64,000 nucleotides of DNA from positions 1,888 to 65,887 of the forward strand of contig JAZOMG010000066.1 of NCBI GenBank assembly GCA_045653705.1, written 5' to 3'. The stretch comes from Eubacteriales bacterium (GTDB lineage Bacteria > Bacillota > Clostridia > Oscillospirales > CAG-272). Positions 55,439 through 64,000 of the stretch are shown here, piece by piece. Both the position numbers and the translations under genes were made by a program. The notes under the pieces are model-generated. The model did no database searches. It was given only the letters and a program-made list of their open reading frames with translations, and had not been told where the DNA came from. Each line of letters begins with the position of its first letter. Within the stretch, counting starts at the first letter, position 1.

Positions 55439-56164
55439 TTAATTGTTTTCTTTTCTTTCATAAGCTTCAAGCAAAGCCACCTCGTCCTCTGTAAGATACC
55501 GCCATTCTCCCCTACCAAGTCCTTCGTCAAGGGTAAGCGGCCCAAAGCTTATCCGTTCGAGATAGGTTATCTTATTTCCGAGAGCCTCAAGCATACGCTT
55601 TATTTGGTGGTATTTTCCCTCAACAAGGGTTATTACGCCCTCGTCTCCGTTACCTCTAAGCTCGATTTTTGCGGGCTTTGTCTCATAGCCGTCCTCAAGG
55701 GTCAAGCCACTCTCAAAGCGCGCCGCTTCTTCCTCGCTAAGAGGAAAGTTAGATTTGAAGCTGTATTTCTTTTCAACGTGGCTCTTGGGCGCAAGAAGCC
55801 TGTGGGCAAGCTCTCCGTTATCGGTTATAAGCATAAGACCCAGTGTGTTTTTATCAAGCCGTCCGCAAGGAAAAAGGTCGCACTTTCGAAGCGTTTCGGG
55901 CAAAAGGTCTATAACCGTCCTCTCCCGTCCGTCCTCGGTGGCGCTCACCACGCCCTCGGGCTTATTCATCATAATATAAGTATATCGGCGGTATACCACC
56001 TCTCTGCCGCAAAAGGTGACCCTGTCTTTTTCGGGGTCAAGCTTTGCGTCGGCAGACCTGACGGCTTCTCCGTTTATACGCACGCCCCCCGCCCGAATTA
56101 TCTTTTTAGCCTCGGAGCGGCTGGCGCATCCCGTAAGACCGAGATACTTATCTATCCTCATCAT
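55439..56164 (-). CDS. rsuA: Pseudouridine synthase, RsuA/RluB family with N-terminal S4 domain
   Basis: MRIDKYL...SRSEAKKIIRAGGVRING (S4) and the catalytic GRLDKNTLGL motif. First ATG at 56164; the ORF-track start is a TTG. Confidence 0.85.
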   Translation of the reverse strand: MMRIDKYLGLTGCASRSEAKKIIRAGGVRINGEAVRSADAKLDPEKDRVTFCGREVVYRRYTYIMMNKPEGVVSATEDGRERTVIDLLPETLRKCDLFPCGRLDKNTLGLMLITDNGELAHRLLAPKSHVEKKYSFKSNFPLSEEEAARFESGLTLEDGYETKPAKIELRGNGDEGVITLVEGKYHQIKRMLEALGNKITYLERISFGPLTLDEGLGRGEWRYLTEDEVALLEAYERKENN

Positions 56165-56182
56165 ATTATTCAAGTTAAAATA

Positions 56183-56302
56183 TCACAGGCTATAAATCAG
56201 CAGCAAGACAAGAGCTATGCTTCCAAGGCAGACAAGCCCTGCCACAAAGCCTGCGGCAAACTCCTTTCGGGTCTTTTCTTTTATTCTTCTTTTATTTTCC
56301 AT
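56183..56302 (-). CDS. Candidate 39-aa small membrane protein (below ORF-track cutoff)
   Basis: MENKRRIKEKTRKEFAAGFVAGLVCLGSIALVLLLIYSL has a basic N-terminus and one TM helix. A GGGGGTG element sits 6 nt upstream of the ATG. The stop lies 18 nt before the rsuA start. Confidence 0.3.
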   Translation of the reverse strand: MENKRRIKEKTRKEFAAGFVAGLVCLGSIALVLLLIYSL

Positions 56303-56348
56303 AACAACACCCCCAAGTGTTATTATGGACCTTTTACTGTATGTAAAT

Positions 56349-57251
56349 TCAGCTCTTTTTCTTCTTTTTTATGACGCTGAAATCTATCTGCGACAAAACT
56401 ATACCCATAAATATTACAGCGCAGCCAACGTAACCGAGAGCCGATATTTTATCTATTCCAAACAGCGCTCCGCCTATGGCACTGAACACCGATTCGGTGG
56501 AAAGAACTATGGCGGCAAAGGTAGGATCTGCCCGTCTTTGCGCAACCACCTGCAAGGTATAGGCAACACCAACAGACAGCACTCCGCAATAGAGTATCGC
56601 CCACTTAGCGTCAAGAATACCGCCGACGGTAGGCTCTTCAAAAATAAACATTGACACAAGTCCGAGAAATGCGCAAACAATGAACTGCCCCCAAGAAAAA
56701 TGCAAGGGTCTTATCTTTTTCGCAAATCTGTCTATGATTATAACGTGAGCCGTCCAGAAGAGAGCGCCGATAAACAAAAGCAGCTCTCCAACTCCGAAGC
56801 TGAATCCCTCTCCCGTTTTATAGCAGAGCATAAACAGCCCCGAAATACCTAAGAGCGCGCCAAGCCATACGTTAAGTCCTGTTTTTTGCTTAAAAAACAG
56901 AAAGCAAGCCACGGGGATAAGCACAGTATAAAGTCCGGTAATAAATCCCGCAACACCCGCGCTTCCCGTTTTTTCTATGCCTATTTGCTGAAAGGTAGAG
57001 GCTAAGAACAGTACGCTTCCCGCCAAAAGGCTTGCTATGACCGTTCTTTTCCGTTCGGTCTTATCACGCTTCCCTCTCTCAAAAAACAATACCACAGGAG
57101 TAAGCGACACAACGCCAATAGCAAAACGAACGCCTGTCATTGTAAACGACCCTATATATTTCACTCCGTCTACCTGCGCCACAAAGGCAAAGCCCCATAT
57201 CATAGCAATCAAAAAGAGCAAGGCTATACTTGAAATTTTAGTTTTTCTCAT
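56349..57251 (-). CDS. DMT-superfamily (EamA-like) transporter
   Basis: Ten predicted TM helices in a duplicated EamA-type arrangement, 300 aa. Confidence 0.85.
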   Translation of the reverse strand: MRKTKISSIALLFLIAMIWGFAFVAQVDGVKYIGSFTMTGVRFAIGVVSLTPVVLFFERGKRDKTERKRTVIASLLAGSVLFLASTFQQIGIEKTGSAGVAGFITGLYTVLIPVACFLFFKQKTGLNVWLGALLGISGLFMLCYKTGEGFSFGVGELLLFIGALFWTAHVIIIDRFAKKIRPLHFSWGQFIVCAFLGLVSMFIFEEPTVGGILDAKWAILYCGVLSVGVAYTLQVVAQRRADPTFAAIVLSTESVFSAIGGALFGIDKISALGYVGCAVIFMGIVLSQIDFSVIKKKKKS

Positions 57252-57257
57252 ACCGAC

Positions 57258-58073
57258 TTAAGCCGCTTCCTCTTCTCTTTTCTGTGTATCTGCCACTGTT
57301 TGCGCAGGCGCTTGGGTATCGGTCACATCGGGTGTGGAGGACGTGTACGTAACCAACGCCACAAAGGTTTCAAGCTCAAACTGATACTTCGCATCATCGA
57401 TTTCCTGTCCCAAACCGCCCTTTGGGGAGCTCAGGCATATAACGGTATCTGCGGGAAGTAATCTGACAATGCCGAAATCCTTATACAGATCGGTATCTCC
57501 AAGTCTTACGCCGTAGCATTCGCCGTCATCGTTATAGATCGCACCCTTTGGTATATTCTCACCGAATACCTTGGACAGCGGGTAGAAATATTCCTCGGGA
57601 ATACTGTTATGTAACCACGGATCAATAAGGCAAACAGGGCTCTGACCTATCATAAAATAATTACTGTACTGCTCGTATTGGGTAGAGTTTCTCCCCCTGT
57701 CAACCACAAAGGAATTTCCCGCGTGGTCTTTTTGCTTCTCATATTCCTTTATCTGTTCCTCAGAGTATATTTCATACATACTCATTGCGGCATTCTTTTC
57801 ACCGTTGCCGTCATAGTCAGATGGCAATATTCCGCTTAAAACCTCTTGAAGCTGTCTCGTTTCGTTTGTAGACAAACAGGTAGGTCCTGCGTAAACGATA
57901 ACGGTATCGTGCTTCTCGGTCGTACCCATCTGCCAAAGACATACACAAAGGATTGTAACAGCAACACCTACAATAATTGTATGCCACTTATAGTGATACC
58001 AAAAATTGTCGAGCCACGTGAGAAATTTATTCTTACTTATTTTTATCTCGGGAGAGCTTTGATTTTCTTCCAT
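57258..58073 (-). CDS. Hypothetical membrane-anchored protein
   Basis: Single N-terminal TM helix (HTIIVGVAVTILCVCLW) followed by a ~220-aa extracytoplasmic region. I recognise no family. Confidence 0.5.
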   Translation of the reverse strand: MEENQSSPEIKISKNKFLTWLDNFWYHYKWHTIIVGVAVTILCVCLWQMGTTEKHDTVIVYAGPTCLSTNETRQLQEVLSGILPSDYDGNGEKNAAMSMYEIYSEEQIKEYEKQKDHAGNSFVVDRGRNSTQYEQYSNYFMIGQSPVCLIDPWLHNSIPEEYFYPLSKVFGENIPKGAIYNDDGECYGVRLGDTDLYKDFGIVRLLPADTVICLSSPKGGLGQEIDDAKYQFELETFVALVTYTSSTPDVTDTQAPAQTVADTQKREEEAA

Positions 58074-58089
58074 TTTTTCTCCTTTCGGG

Positions 58090-58129
58090 AATCAAAAATG
58101 AAAAATGAAAGACAGAGCAGTCTTTCATT
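58090..58129 (-). terminator. Terminator after greA
   Basis: AAUGAAAGAC-ugcucu-GUCUUUCAUU followed by UUUCAUUUUUG on the minus strand. Confidence 0.55.
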
Positions 58130-58146
58130 ATTCATTAAAATTATTA

Positions 58147-58617
58147 TTACGCCTTGAATACGTCAAGTATGGTCATACTTGCCATGCCCGCAGGGGTCTC
58201 AAAGGTAACCGTTGAACCCTTTTTCGCTCCTACAAGAGCCTTGCCCACAGGAGACATATCGGACACCATGTTTGCAAAGGGGTCTGCCTCGTTAGAACCT
58301 ACTATCTTATATTCTACCTCTACTCCGTTTCTCTCAACCTTTACGGTGCTTCCAAGACCTACAGTCTCGGCATCGTGCATGGTTTCGTCAACGACCTCGG
58401 CGTGCTGAATAAGCTCTTCAAGCTCCTTGATACGCGCCTCGTTCTTTGCCTGCTCGTTTCTCGCTTCGTCATACTCTGCGTTCTCGGAAAGGTCTCCAAA
58501 GGATCTTGCCTCGGCAATAGCTACCTTTATTCTCTCGCGCTCAACCTTAGAACGAAAATCGTATTCTTCCTTAAGCTTAGCAAATCCCTCTTGAGTATAT
58601 TTCATAAATTCTGCCAT
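58147..58617 (-). CDS. greA: Transcription elongation factor GreA
   Basis: The coiled-coil N-terminus with ...GDLSENAEYDEA... and the C-terminal FKBP-like domain are typical of GreA. Confidence 0.95.
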   Translation of the reverse strand: MAEFMKYTQEGFAKLKEEYDFRSKVERERIKVAIAEARSFGDLSENAEYDEARNEQAKNEARIKELEELIQHAEVVDETMHDAETVGLGSTVKVERNGVEVEYKIVGSNEADPFANMVSDMSPVGKALVGAKKGSTVTFETPAGMASMTILDVFKA

Positions 58618-58646
58618 GATATTTCTCCTTAAAAGTTATTTTATTT

Positions 58647-60107
58647 TTAGTTATTTAAAGCTTCAACTGCTTTTGCTAATTGGTTATCCTCGCTGTCCGA
58701 CAGATCGTAAATATTTTTCGACGCCGCTTCCTCGGAAAGCTCGCAAAGAATATTCGGTTCAATTCCCTCTCCGTCGTAGCCGTCGTTCATTCCGCCGTTA
58801 GCGCCCGAGTAATATTTTGCTATGGTAAGCTTAAGCGCTCCGCCGTAGCCGTAGGGTAACAGGGGTATAATACGCTGCATACTTCCCTTTCCGTAGGTGG
58901 TCGTTCCCACAAGCGTACCAAGCCCGTAATCACGGAAGGTCGCCGTAAACAGCTCCGCGGCGCTTGCGGTGCTACCGTTACACAGCACGGAGAACTCAAA
59001 ACCGTCACGCCTGTATTTTCCTATTTCATCTTTTGTTACGCTACAGGGATAATATTCATCATCCTCCGCGTAGTCAGTTACCTCTGCCTTGTGTATCTCC
59101 TCCGCGCCGCTTTTGTAGACCGTTCTTATTATAACGTCGCCCTCATTCAAAAAGTAGCTGAGCACAGCCTTTATGGATAACAGGTCGCCGCCGGGGTTGT
59201 ATCTCACGTCAAAAATAAACTTAGTACAGCCCTGCGATATAAGGTAATCCATAGCTTCGGTAAAGTTTTGTGGAGTTGTAAGGTCAAACTGCAATATTTT
59301 TATAATACCTACAGCCCGGTCGGTGGAGTGAACTCGATAATATACCGACTCTGCGGTAACAGCCCCTCGCTTTATATTGCACTCTATAACCTCATATTTG
59401 TCGTCCTTAGGACGAAGCACGGTAAAGACAGCCTCTGTTCCCGCTTCACCCTTAAGCGCCGTCAAGGCTCTGTCGTGTCCAAGCTCTGTAACCGTCTGCA
59501 TAGCCTCGCCTACGCCAACTCCGTAAATAAGGTCGCCCACTCGCAAGCCAAACTCAGCGGCGGGGGAATCCTTCATTACGTTTATGACCTTTATTACAAG
59601 ACAGCTCTTACCATTGACTGTTGCCGTCGAGTGAATTATATTAATTCCTATTCCCTCGGATCTACCCGCATTTTCTTGCCTCAGCTCTTCGTATTCCTCT
59701 GAGGTATAGTAATACGCATAATCATCACCAGTCTCGGCAACGTAGGCTTTGAGAGCCGCCGCCATCATTGCTTCCTCGTCGGTCTCGCCAAAGGTATAAG
59801 CGTCTATAAATCGGGAAAACAGCTCAAAGGGAAAGCCCTTTTCACTGTAAAGCATTCCGCTTGCGGTATTCTGAAGCTGCGTTTCGGCAAGCTTTTGCTT
59901 GTAAAACGCGGAGCATACGGTATACGTGGTCATCACCGCCGCAAGCACAAGGGCGACGGTCGTTAGCACAAAGGTAAAAAGAGATACCTTTTTTTCTTTT
60001 TGAGGTCTTTTTTCGGGGAGTAAGACAGACTCTGCTGCCATATCCTCCGCCTCGGGCAGACGGTTATTTTCCTCTGAACCGCCTGTGTTCTGTGGCATTT
60101 CCGACAT
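58647..60107 (-). CDS. S41-family C-terminal processing peptidase, membrane anchored, with PDZ domain
   Basis: N-terminal TM, PDZ (GLRVGDLIYGV) and S41 core (NGSTASAAELF...GTTTYGKG). ATG at 60107 with an AAGGAGAA RBS. Confidence 0.85.
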   Translation of the reverse strand: MSEMPQNTGGSEENNRLPEAEDMAAESVLLPEKRPQKEKKVSLFTFVLTTVALVLAAVMTTYTVCSAFYKQKLAETQLQNTASGMLYSEKGFPFELFSRFIDAYTFGETDEEAMMAAALKAYVAETGDDYAYYYTSEEYEELRQENAGRSEGIGINIIHSTATVNGKSCLVIKVINVMKDSPAAEFGLRVGDLIYGVGVGEAMQTVTELGHDRALTALKGEAGTEAVFTVLRPKDDKYEVIECNIKRGAVTAESVYYRVHSTDRAVGIIKILQFDLTTPQNFTEAMDYLISQGCTKFIFDVRYNPGGDLLSIKAVLSYFLNEGDVIIRTVYKSGAEEIHKAEVTDYAEDDEYYPCSVTKDEIGKYRRDGFEFSVLCNGSTASAAELFTATFRDYGLGTLVGTTTYGKGSMQRIIPLLPYGYGGALKLTIAKYYSGANGGMNDGYDGEGIEPNILCELSEEAASKNIYDLSDSEDNQLAKAVEALNN

Positions 60108-60171
60108 TTCAGAAAATTCTCCTTGATTCAATTTGTTTAAGAAATATCCGATGCCGTCTTATAACGTCTAA

Positions 60172-60212
60172 GACACCGAAAAGCGAAAGCGGCAAATACG
60201 CGCCCCTTTCGC
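60172..60212 (-). terminator. Terminator after the PucR-family gene
   Basis: AGCGAAAG...CUUUCGCU followed by UUUCGG on the minus strand. Confidence 0.5.
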
Positions 60213-60222
60213 TATTCATAGC

Positions 60223-61308
60223 TTAGAATTTTGTAGGCTTGGAATCAAGATACTTTCTTACCATAAGCGCTACCTTAAAGGTGATAGCGTGGTTGAACTC
60301 GCGAAGATCGAGCCCCGTAAGGTTACGTATCTTTTCAAGTCTGTATACAAGTGTGTTTCTGTGAACGAACAGCTTTCTCGACGTCTCGGAGACGTTGAGG
60401 TTATTCTCAAAGAAGCACTGAATGGTCATAAGCGTCTCGCGGTCGAGAGACTCAAGGCTTCCTTTCTTGAATACCTCCTGCAAGAACATCTCGCAAAGAG
60501 TAGTGGGAAGCTGATAGATAAGTCTGCCTATTCCCAGATTTTCATAGCTTATGATATTCTTTTCGGTCTCAAATACCTTGCCTACCTCGAGAGCGACCTG
60601 CGCCTCCTGATATGCCTTTGCAAGGTCCTTGATGTTCTCTACCATTGTGGAGATACCGATAACCACCTTGGTGTAGAACTCGGTGGAAAGAGTATCGGCT
60701 ATGTTTATTGCCATATTCTCGATATCTCTCATATCGGTTCCCGCCTTAAGCTCCTTGACGAGAACGATATCGTGCTCGCCTACGCTTATAACGTAGTCCT
60801 TAGACTTGTCGGGGAACATATTCTGGAGCATCTCAAAGGGCATCATATCGGTCTTACCGAAGAACTTGATAAGGAATACAACGCGAAACTCCTCTGTATT
60901 GAAATGAAGCTCCTTTGACTTTATATATATGTCGCTGGGGAGAATATTATCTAAGATGATGTTCTTAATAAACGAGCCCTTGTCGTATTTTTCATCGTAA
61001 AGGCTCTTGATATTACCAAGAGATACGGCAAGAAGCTTTGACATCTTCTCGGCCATTTTATCCTCGCCCTCGATAAACACTATGTACTCGCTCTTCTGTC
61101 CCGCGCCCATATAGCGGTAGGTATAGCCATCGGTGGACATAACCTCGGTCGAAAAGGACAGCTCTTCCCTTACGCCCTGACGGATATCGCCCATCTTACC
61201 GAGATCTGAGCAGGAGATTACCACTCCGTTCTCGTCAAGAACACCGATAACGCGGTCGAAAGCGTCTTTCATCTGATAAATTACACCTTGAAACAATCTG
61301 TTTGACAT
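60223..61308 (-). CDS. PucR/CdaR-family transcriptional regulator
   Basis: C-terminal PucR HTH: LNVSETSRKLFVHRNTLVYRLEKIRNLTGLDL. The N-terminal region is of the CdaR (sugar diacid) type. Confidence 0.8.
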   Translation of the reverse strand: MSNRLFQGVIYQMKDAFDRVIGVLDENGVVISCSDLGKMGDIRQGVREELSFSTEVMSTDGYTYRYMGAGQKSEYIVFIEGEDKMAEKMSKLLAVSLGNIKSLYDEKYDKGSFIKNIILDNILPSDIYIKSKELHFNTEEFRVVFLIKFFGKTDMMPFEMLQNMFPDKSKDYVISVGEHDIVLVKELKAGTDMRDIENMAINIADTLSTEFYTKVVIGISTMVENIKDLAKAYQEAQVALEVGKVFETEKNIISYENLGIGRLIYQLPTTLCEMFLQEVFKKGSLESLDRETLMTIQCFFENNLNVSETSRKLFVHRNTLVYRLEKIRNLTGLDLREFNHAITFKVALMVRKYLDSKPTKF

Positions 61309-61479
61309 ACTAAAATCCTCTCAAAATTGTAGTTTAAAAATATGATTGTGTATACTAACCTATATTGTATACTATTTTTTGTTATTTTTCAATAGGTATT
61401 TTAATATTTTTAATAATTTTTAACAATTTTTTCTCGATTTATTTATGAAATACTAACTTGTGCAATATTACCAAGGATT

Positions 61480-62229
61480 TTACCCAAGCTCAAGGGCGCA
61501 TACAAGGCAGGCAAGAACGAATCCCGAAGCGGTCTCAGCCCGCAGTATTCTTTTGCCAAGTCCTGTTGCCAAAGCCCCTTTTTTTATTATCCTTTGGGCT
61601 TCGTTAACAGAAAAGCCCCCTTCGCTTCCGATTATAACCGATATCGTTCCGTCGCTCCGAAAATCCTCAAGCTCTCTTTTTAAAACCGCGCCAAGAGGCT
61701 CTGTGCCGTCTCCCTCGTAACAAAAGAGACAAAGACCGTCTCCTATGCCCTCAAGCATCTCGTCAAAGCTTACCGTAGGAGAAACGCCCGGCAAAATGCT
61801 TCTGCCGCACTGCTTTGCCGCCTCTGCCGCTATGCGCGCCCGACGCTCGGTCTTTCTCTGCTCAGCCTCGGGCTTCACTCTCGCCACGCATCTCTCGCTT
61901 TCAAAGGGTATTATCTCGGACGCTCCGCACTCCACCGCCTTTTGAATGACGGTATCAAGCTTGTCCCCCTTTGGAAGCGCCTGATAGAGCCGAAGTTTTA
62001 CAGGCGGCTCATTATTGGATGCCCTTACCGAGACGACCGTCACGTTTACCGCCACGTCCTCGTCAAAGCTGTCTATTACACAGCCGTATTCGTTGCCCTG
62101 CATATCGCATACCGTCAAAGCATCTCCCACAGCCATTCTTAGGGAGCGGGCAATATGGTGGGCATCCTCTCCGAGCAGGGTTATTTTTTTATCGTCTATC
62201 TGTGTCTGTCGTACAAAAAATCTCGGCAT
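61480..62229 (-). CDS. rsmE: 16S rRNA (uracil1498-N3)-methyltransferase
   Basis: MPRFFV...HHIARSLRM PUA-like N-terminus and a SPOUT C-terminus (IGSEGGFS..E...LGKRILRAETA). Confidence 0.9.
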   Translation of the reverse strand: MPRFFVRQTQIDDKKITLLGEDAHHIARSLRMAVGDALTVCDMQGNEYGCVIDSFDEDVAVNVTVVSVRASNNEPPVKLRLYQALPKGDKLDTVIQKAVECGASEIIPFESERCVARVKPEAEQRKTERRARIAAEAAKQCGRSILPGVSPTVSFDEMLEGIGDGLCLFCYEGDGTEPLGAVLKRELEDFRSDGTISVIIGSEGGFSVNEAQRIIKKGALATGLGKRILRAETASGFVLACLVCALELG

Positions 62230-62341
62230 TATAATTCTCCTGCTAAAATTTCCAAATTCAAATAATATTATATCATTTTTTTATACCGACGGCAAGTGAT
62301 TTAGTAAAATTTATTTAAATATGTAAAAAAGCAATCAATCC

Positions 62342-62385
62342 TTGACATTTGGCGTGCTCCGTGATATAATTACTGTGTATATCAC
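62342..62385 (+). promoter_or_regulatory. Promoter with an 8-bp inverted repeat spanning the -10 and transcript start
   Basis: TTGACA (62342-62347), 17-nt spacer, TATAAT (62365-62370). GTGATATA (62361-62368) pairs with TATATCAC (62378-62385). Confidence 0.45.
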
Positions 62386-62395
62386 ATAAAGGAGT

Positions 62396-63742
62396 ATGGC
62401 TGAGACAATGGAAAAAGGCAAAATCAAAAGGCTTTCCCTCTTCGACAACCGCCTGACGCTGTCAACAGGACAGACAAAGGTTCTTAATATATTCTTTTAT
62501 ACAATGCTTGCGGCTACCGTTACCGCTATGATAGGAATAATTCTTTTCTACGTTTATTCCTTAGCCGCTCTTTACCACGACCCTGAGGCAAAGACCTCTC
62601 TTTGGCTTCTGACTATCTTTTCGGATTTCGTGGAGATAATGAATTTTTCATTGGATGACAGCCCGTATCTTGCTGACGTGGGCTCATCCTATCCCCCCGT
62701 AGCCATTATGGTGCTATATCCTTTCGCCCTTATATGCAAGAGCGTTTTCGCTCAGTATTCGGCGCGTGAGGATCTGGACATAGCAGAGCTTACCTCTCTC
62801 GTTGTAAGACATCCTCAGTTCTGGGTGGCTATCCTGCTTTTCTTTTTCATTTGCATACTCTCGATCATATGGCTGGTTACGAGAAAATACAAGCTCGACC
62901 TTAAAGCAACCTTGAAAATGGCGATCGTTATCAGCTTTTCCGCTCCGTTTATATACGCTATAATGAGAGGAAACACCATTTATTTCGCTCTTATCTTTGT
63001 TTTGATCTTCTTATTTTTATACGATTCGGATAAGCCGCTTTTGCGTGAGATAGCCCTTATCAGCCTGGCAGTTGCGGGAGCGATAAAGATATATCCCCTT
63101 TTCTTCGGTGTATTTCTGCTGAAAAAGAAGAAGATATTCGCTTCCTTCAGGGTGGCAGTATATTTCGCGCTTATATTCTTCATTTCCTTTAAGTTCTTCT
63201 CGGGAAGCTCGGGAGACGTCAACCCATTCGTGGAGAATTTGCAGGGCTTTATGTCGGATGCCGAAAGGCTTTCCTGCTTCCGCAATCTCTCCCTTACGGC
63301 GCTTCTGTATAAGATAGTTTATCTTTTCTCCCCCGCGGCAACCGAAAGCGCCGCGTTCAGCGGAGTAAATTTAGCTCTGCTTATACTTCTTTTCCTTGCG
63401 GCTACCGTTACGGCTACTGTGACTCGCTCAAATCTCTCCCGCGCTGTCATCTGCTCGGCGGTGGTAATTCTTATCCCATCTGTAAGTTATTATTACGTTG
63501 TTATTTTTGAGATAATCCCCTTTATGGAGTACCTTATGGCGTATGACACGCTGTCAAAGAGAAACAGGCTGACCTACGGAGCAATATTCTTGTTCCTTAT
63601 GTTCACACCTATACTGCTTCCTCAGTTCTTTATTCCTCACGCGCTGTCTATCATATTTATGGTATCCTACGAGATATACAAGGTTATCCGCACCGAGATA
63701 GTTCCCTGGTTCAAAAGCCGCTCAGAGCTGAAGAAAATTTAA
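62396..63742 (+). CDS. Polytopic integral membrane protein, possibly GT-C-type (DUF2029/GT87-like) glycosyltransferase
   Basis: About 11-12 TM helices. An acidic first-loop motif (SLDDSPY) and an IKIYP motif are reminiscent of GT-C enzymes, but I am not certain of the family assignment. Confidence 0.45.
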   Translation: MAETMEKGKIKRLSLFDNRLTLSTGQTKVLNIFFYTMLAATVTAMIGIILFYVYSLAALYHDPEAKTSLWLLTIFSDFVEIMNFSLDDSPYLADVGSSYPPVAIMVLYPFALICKSVFAQYSAREDLDIAELTSLVVRHPQFWVAILLFFFICILSIIWLVTRKYKLDLKATLKMAIVISFSAPFIYAIMRGNTIYFALIFVLIFLFLYDSDKPLLREIALISLAVAGAIKIYPLFFGVFLLKKKKIFASFRVAVYFALIFFISFKFFSGSSGDVNPFVENLQGFMSDAERLSCFRNLSLTALLYKIVYLFSPAATESAAFSGVNLALLILLFLAATVTATVTRSNLSRAVICSAVVILIPSVSYYYVVIFEIIPFMEYLMAYDTLSKRNRLTYGAIFLFLMFTPILLPQFFIPHALSIIFMVSYEIYKVIRTEIVPWFKSRSELKKI

Positions 63743-63859
63743 ATTTAATATTTAAATCCCTCAAAATTCATTGATTTTTTTGATAATTAATTGACTTTTG
63801 GGGGATTTCATTGTATAATGATATATATTTTTTTGGAAAATTCTTTTGGGGGTATTTCG

Positions 63860-64000
63860 ATGTATAAGCATATATCAAGGTTTATCATATACCGCGACCT
63901 GTCGGGCGATGCCATACTGTCAAGGCTTGGCAGAATATTCGAGGATTTTGACACGGGCGCGGACACTCCCGAGCATCTTCGCTCGAGGATATATCTTGAG
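63860..64000 (+). CDS. Hypothetical protein, N-terminal fragment (continues beyond window)
   Basis: ATG at 63860 is preceded by a GGGGG element 8 nt upstream and the frame is open to the window end (MYKHISRFIIYRDLSGDAILSRLGRIFEDF...). Function not recognised. Confidence 0.35.
   Translation, partial: MYKHISRFIIYRDLSGDAILSRLGRIFEDFDTGADTPEHLRSRIYLE

Noticed and set aside
54485-56374. Very long plus-strand ORF (629 aa) antisense to tex and rsuA. Similar long antisense ORFs occur at 36249-37745 (498 aa, opposite nrdD), 51928-53028 (366 aa, opposite the ABC ATPase), 9819-10766 (315 aa, opposite hisZ) and 12721-13608 (295 aa).
   Set aside because: The opposite strand encodes strongly recognisable conserved proteins in each case. 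The antisense translations are compositionally biased (L/V/S/R/K/F-rich) with no recognisable motifs. Several start at non-ATG codons without an RBS, and one crosses a gene boundary. These are typical shadow ORFs of codon-biased genes.

Overview
This 64-kb chromosomal window has Firmicutes/Clostridia hallmarks: a PolC-type replicase, long-form HPF, PyrR attenuation, hisZ plus short hisG, an ECF FolT with a THF riboswitch, and many near-consensus TTGACA-17-TATAAT promoters. I call about 58 protein genes and one tRNA-Lys(UUU). I saw no rRNA, CRISPR array, integrase, transposase or phage genes. Most genes are on the minus strand.

Gene content in coordinate order:
- ppdK 3' end
- metallophosphoesterase, folC and folT (THF riboswitch)
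- complete histidine operon hisZGDCBHAF-IE, led by a small TrpR/YerC-like regulator
- HD-domain protein
- an isolated three-gene module: HprK-like P-loop protein, PqqD-type RRE and a signal-anchor-less S26-like peptidase
- membrane protein, then ribF
- WYL regulator with a small membrane ORF
- hpf, tRNA-Lys and a flavodoxin-like gene
- the pyrH-frr-uppS-cdsA-dxr-rseP-ispG-polC block
- degenerate M14-like protein, XRE/helical-repeat regulator and a Na/Pi transporter
- nrdG / trxB / nrdD (tandem NrdR boxes)
- pyrimidine operon pyrR-pyrC-carB-pyrK-pyrD-pyrF-pyrE-pyrB-pyrI, with no carA
- rpsF-ssb-rpsR, an SDR and tyrS
- acidic lipoprotein, an orphan MsmX-type ATPase, tex and rsuA
- DMT transporter, greA, an S41 protease, a PucR regulator, rsmE and a GT-C-like membrane protein

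The region is mostly ordinary core genome. The best candidate for something undescribed is the orphan RRE-kinase-peptidase operon at 12061-13515, which has no visible precursor peptide or core RiPP enzyme. Other items worth a second look:
- an NrdD with a fused C-terminal CPNC thioredoxin-fold domain next to trxB
- two REP/BIME- or MITE-like mosaics of short GC-rich hairpins bounded by inverted repeats (34953-35312 and 17647-17742)
- the TrpR-like regulator with a promoter-overlapping palindrome ahead of the his operon
- the WYL regulator/small membrane ORF pair

All functional calls come from motif recognition by eye. No database search was run.
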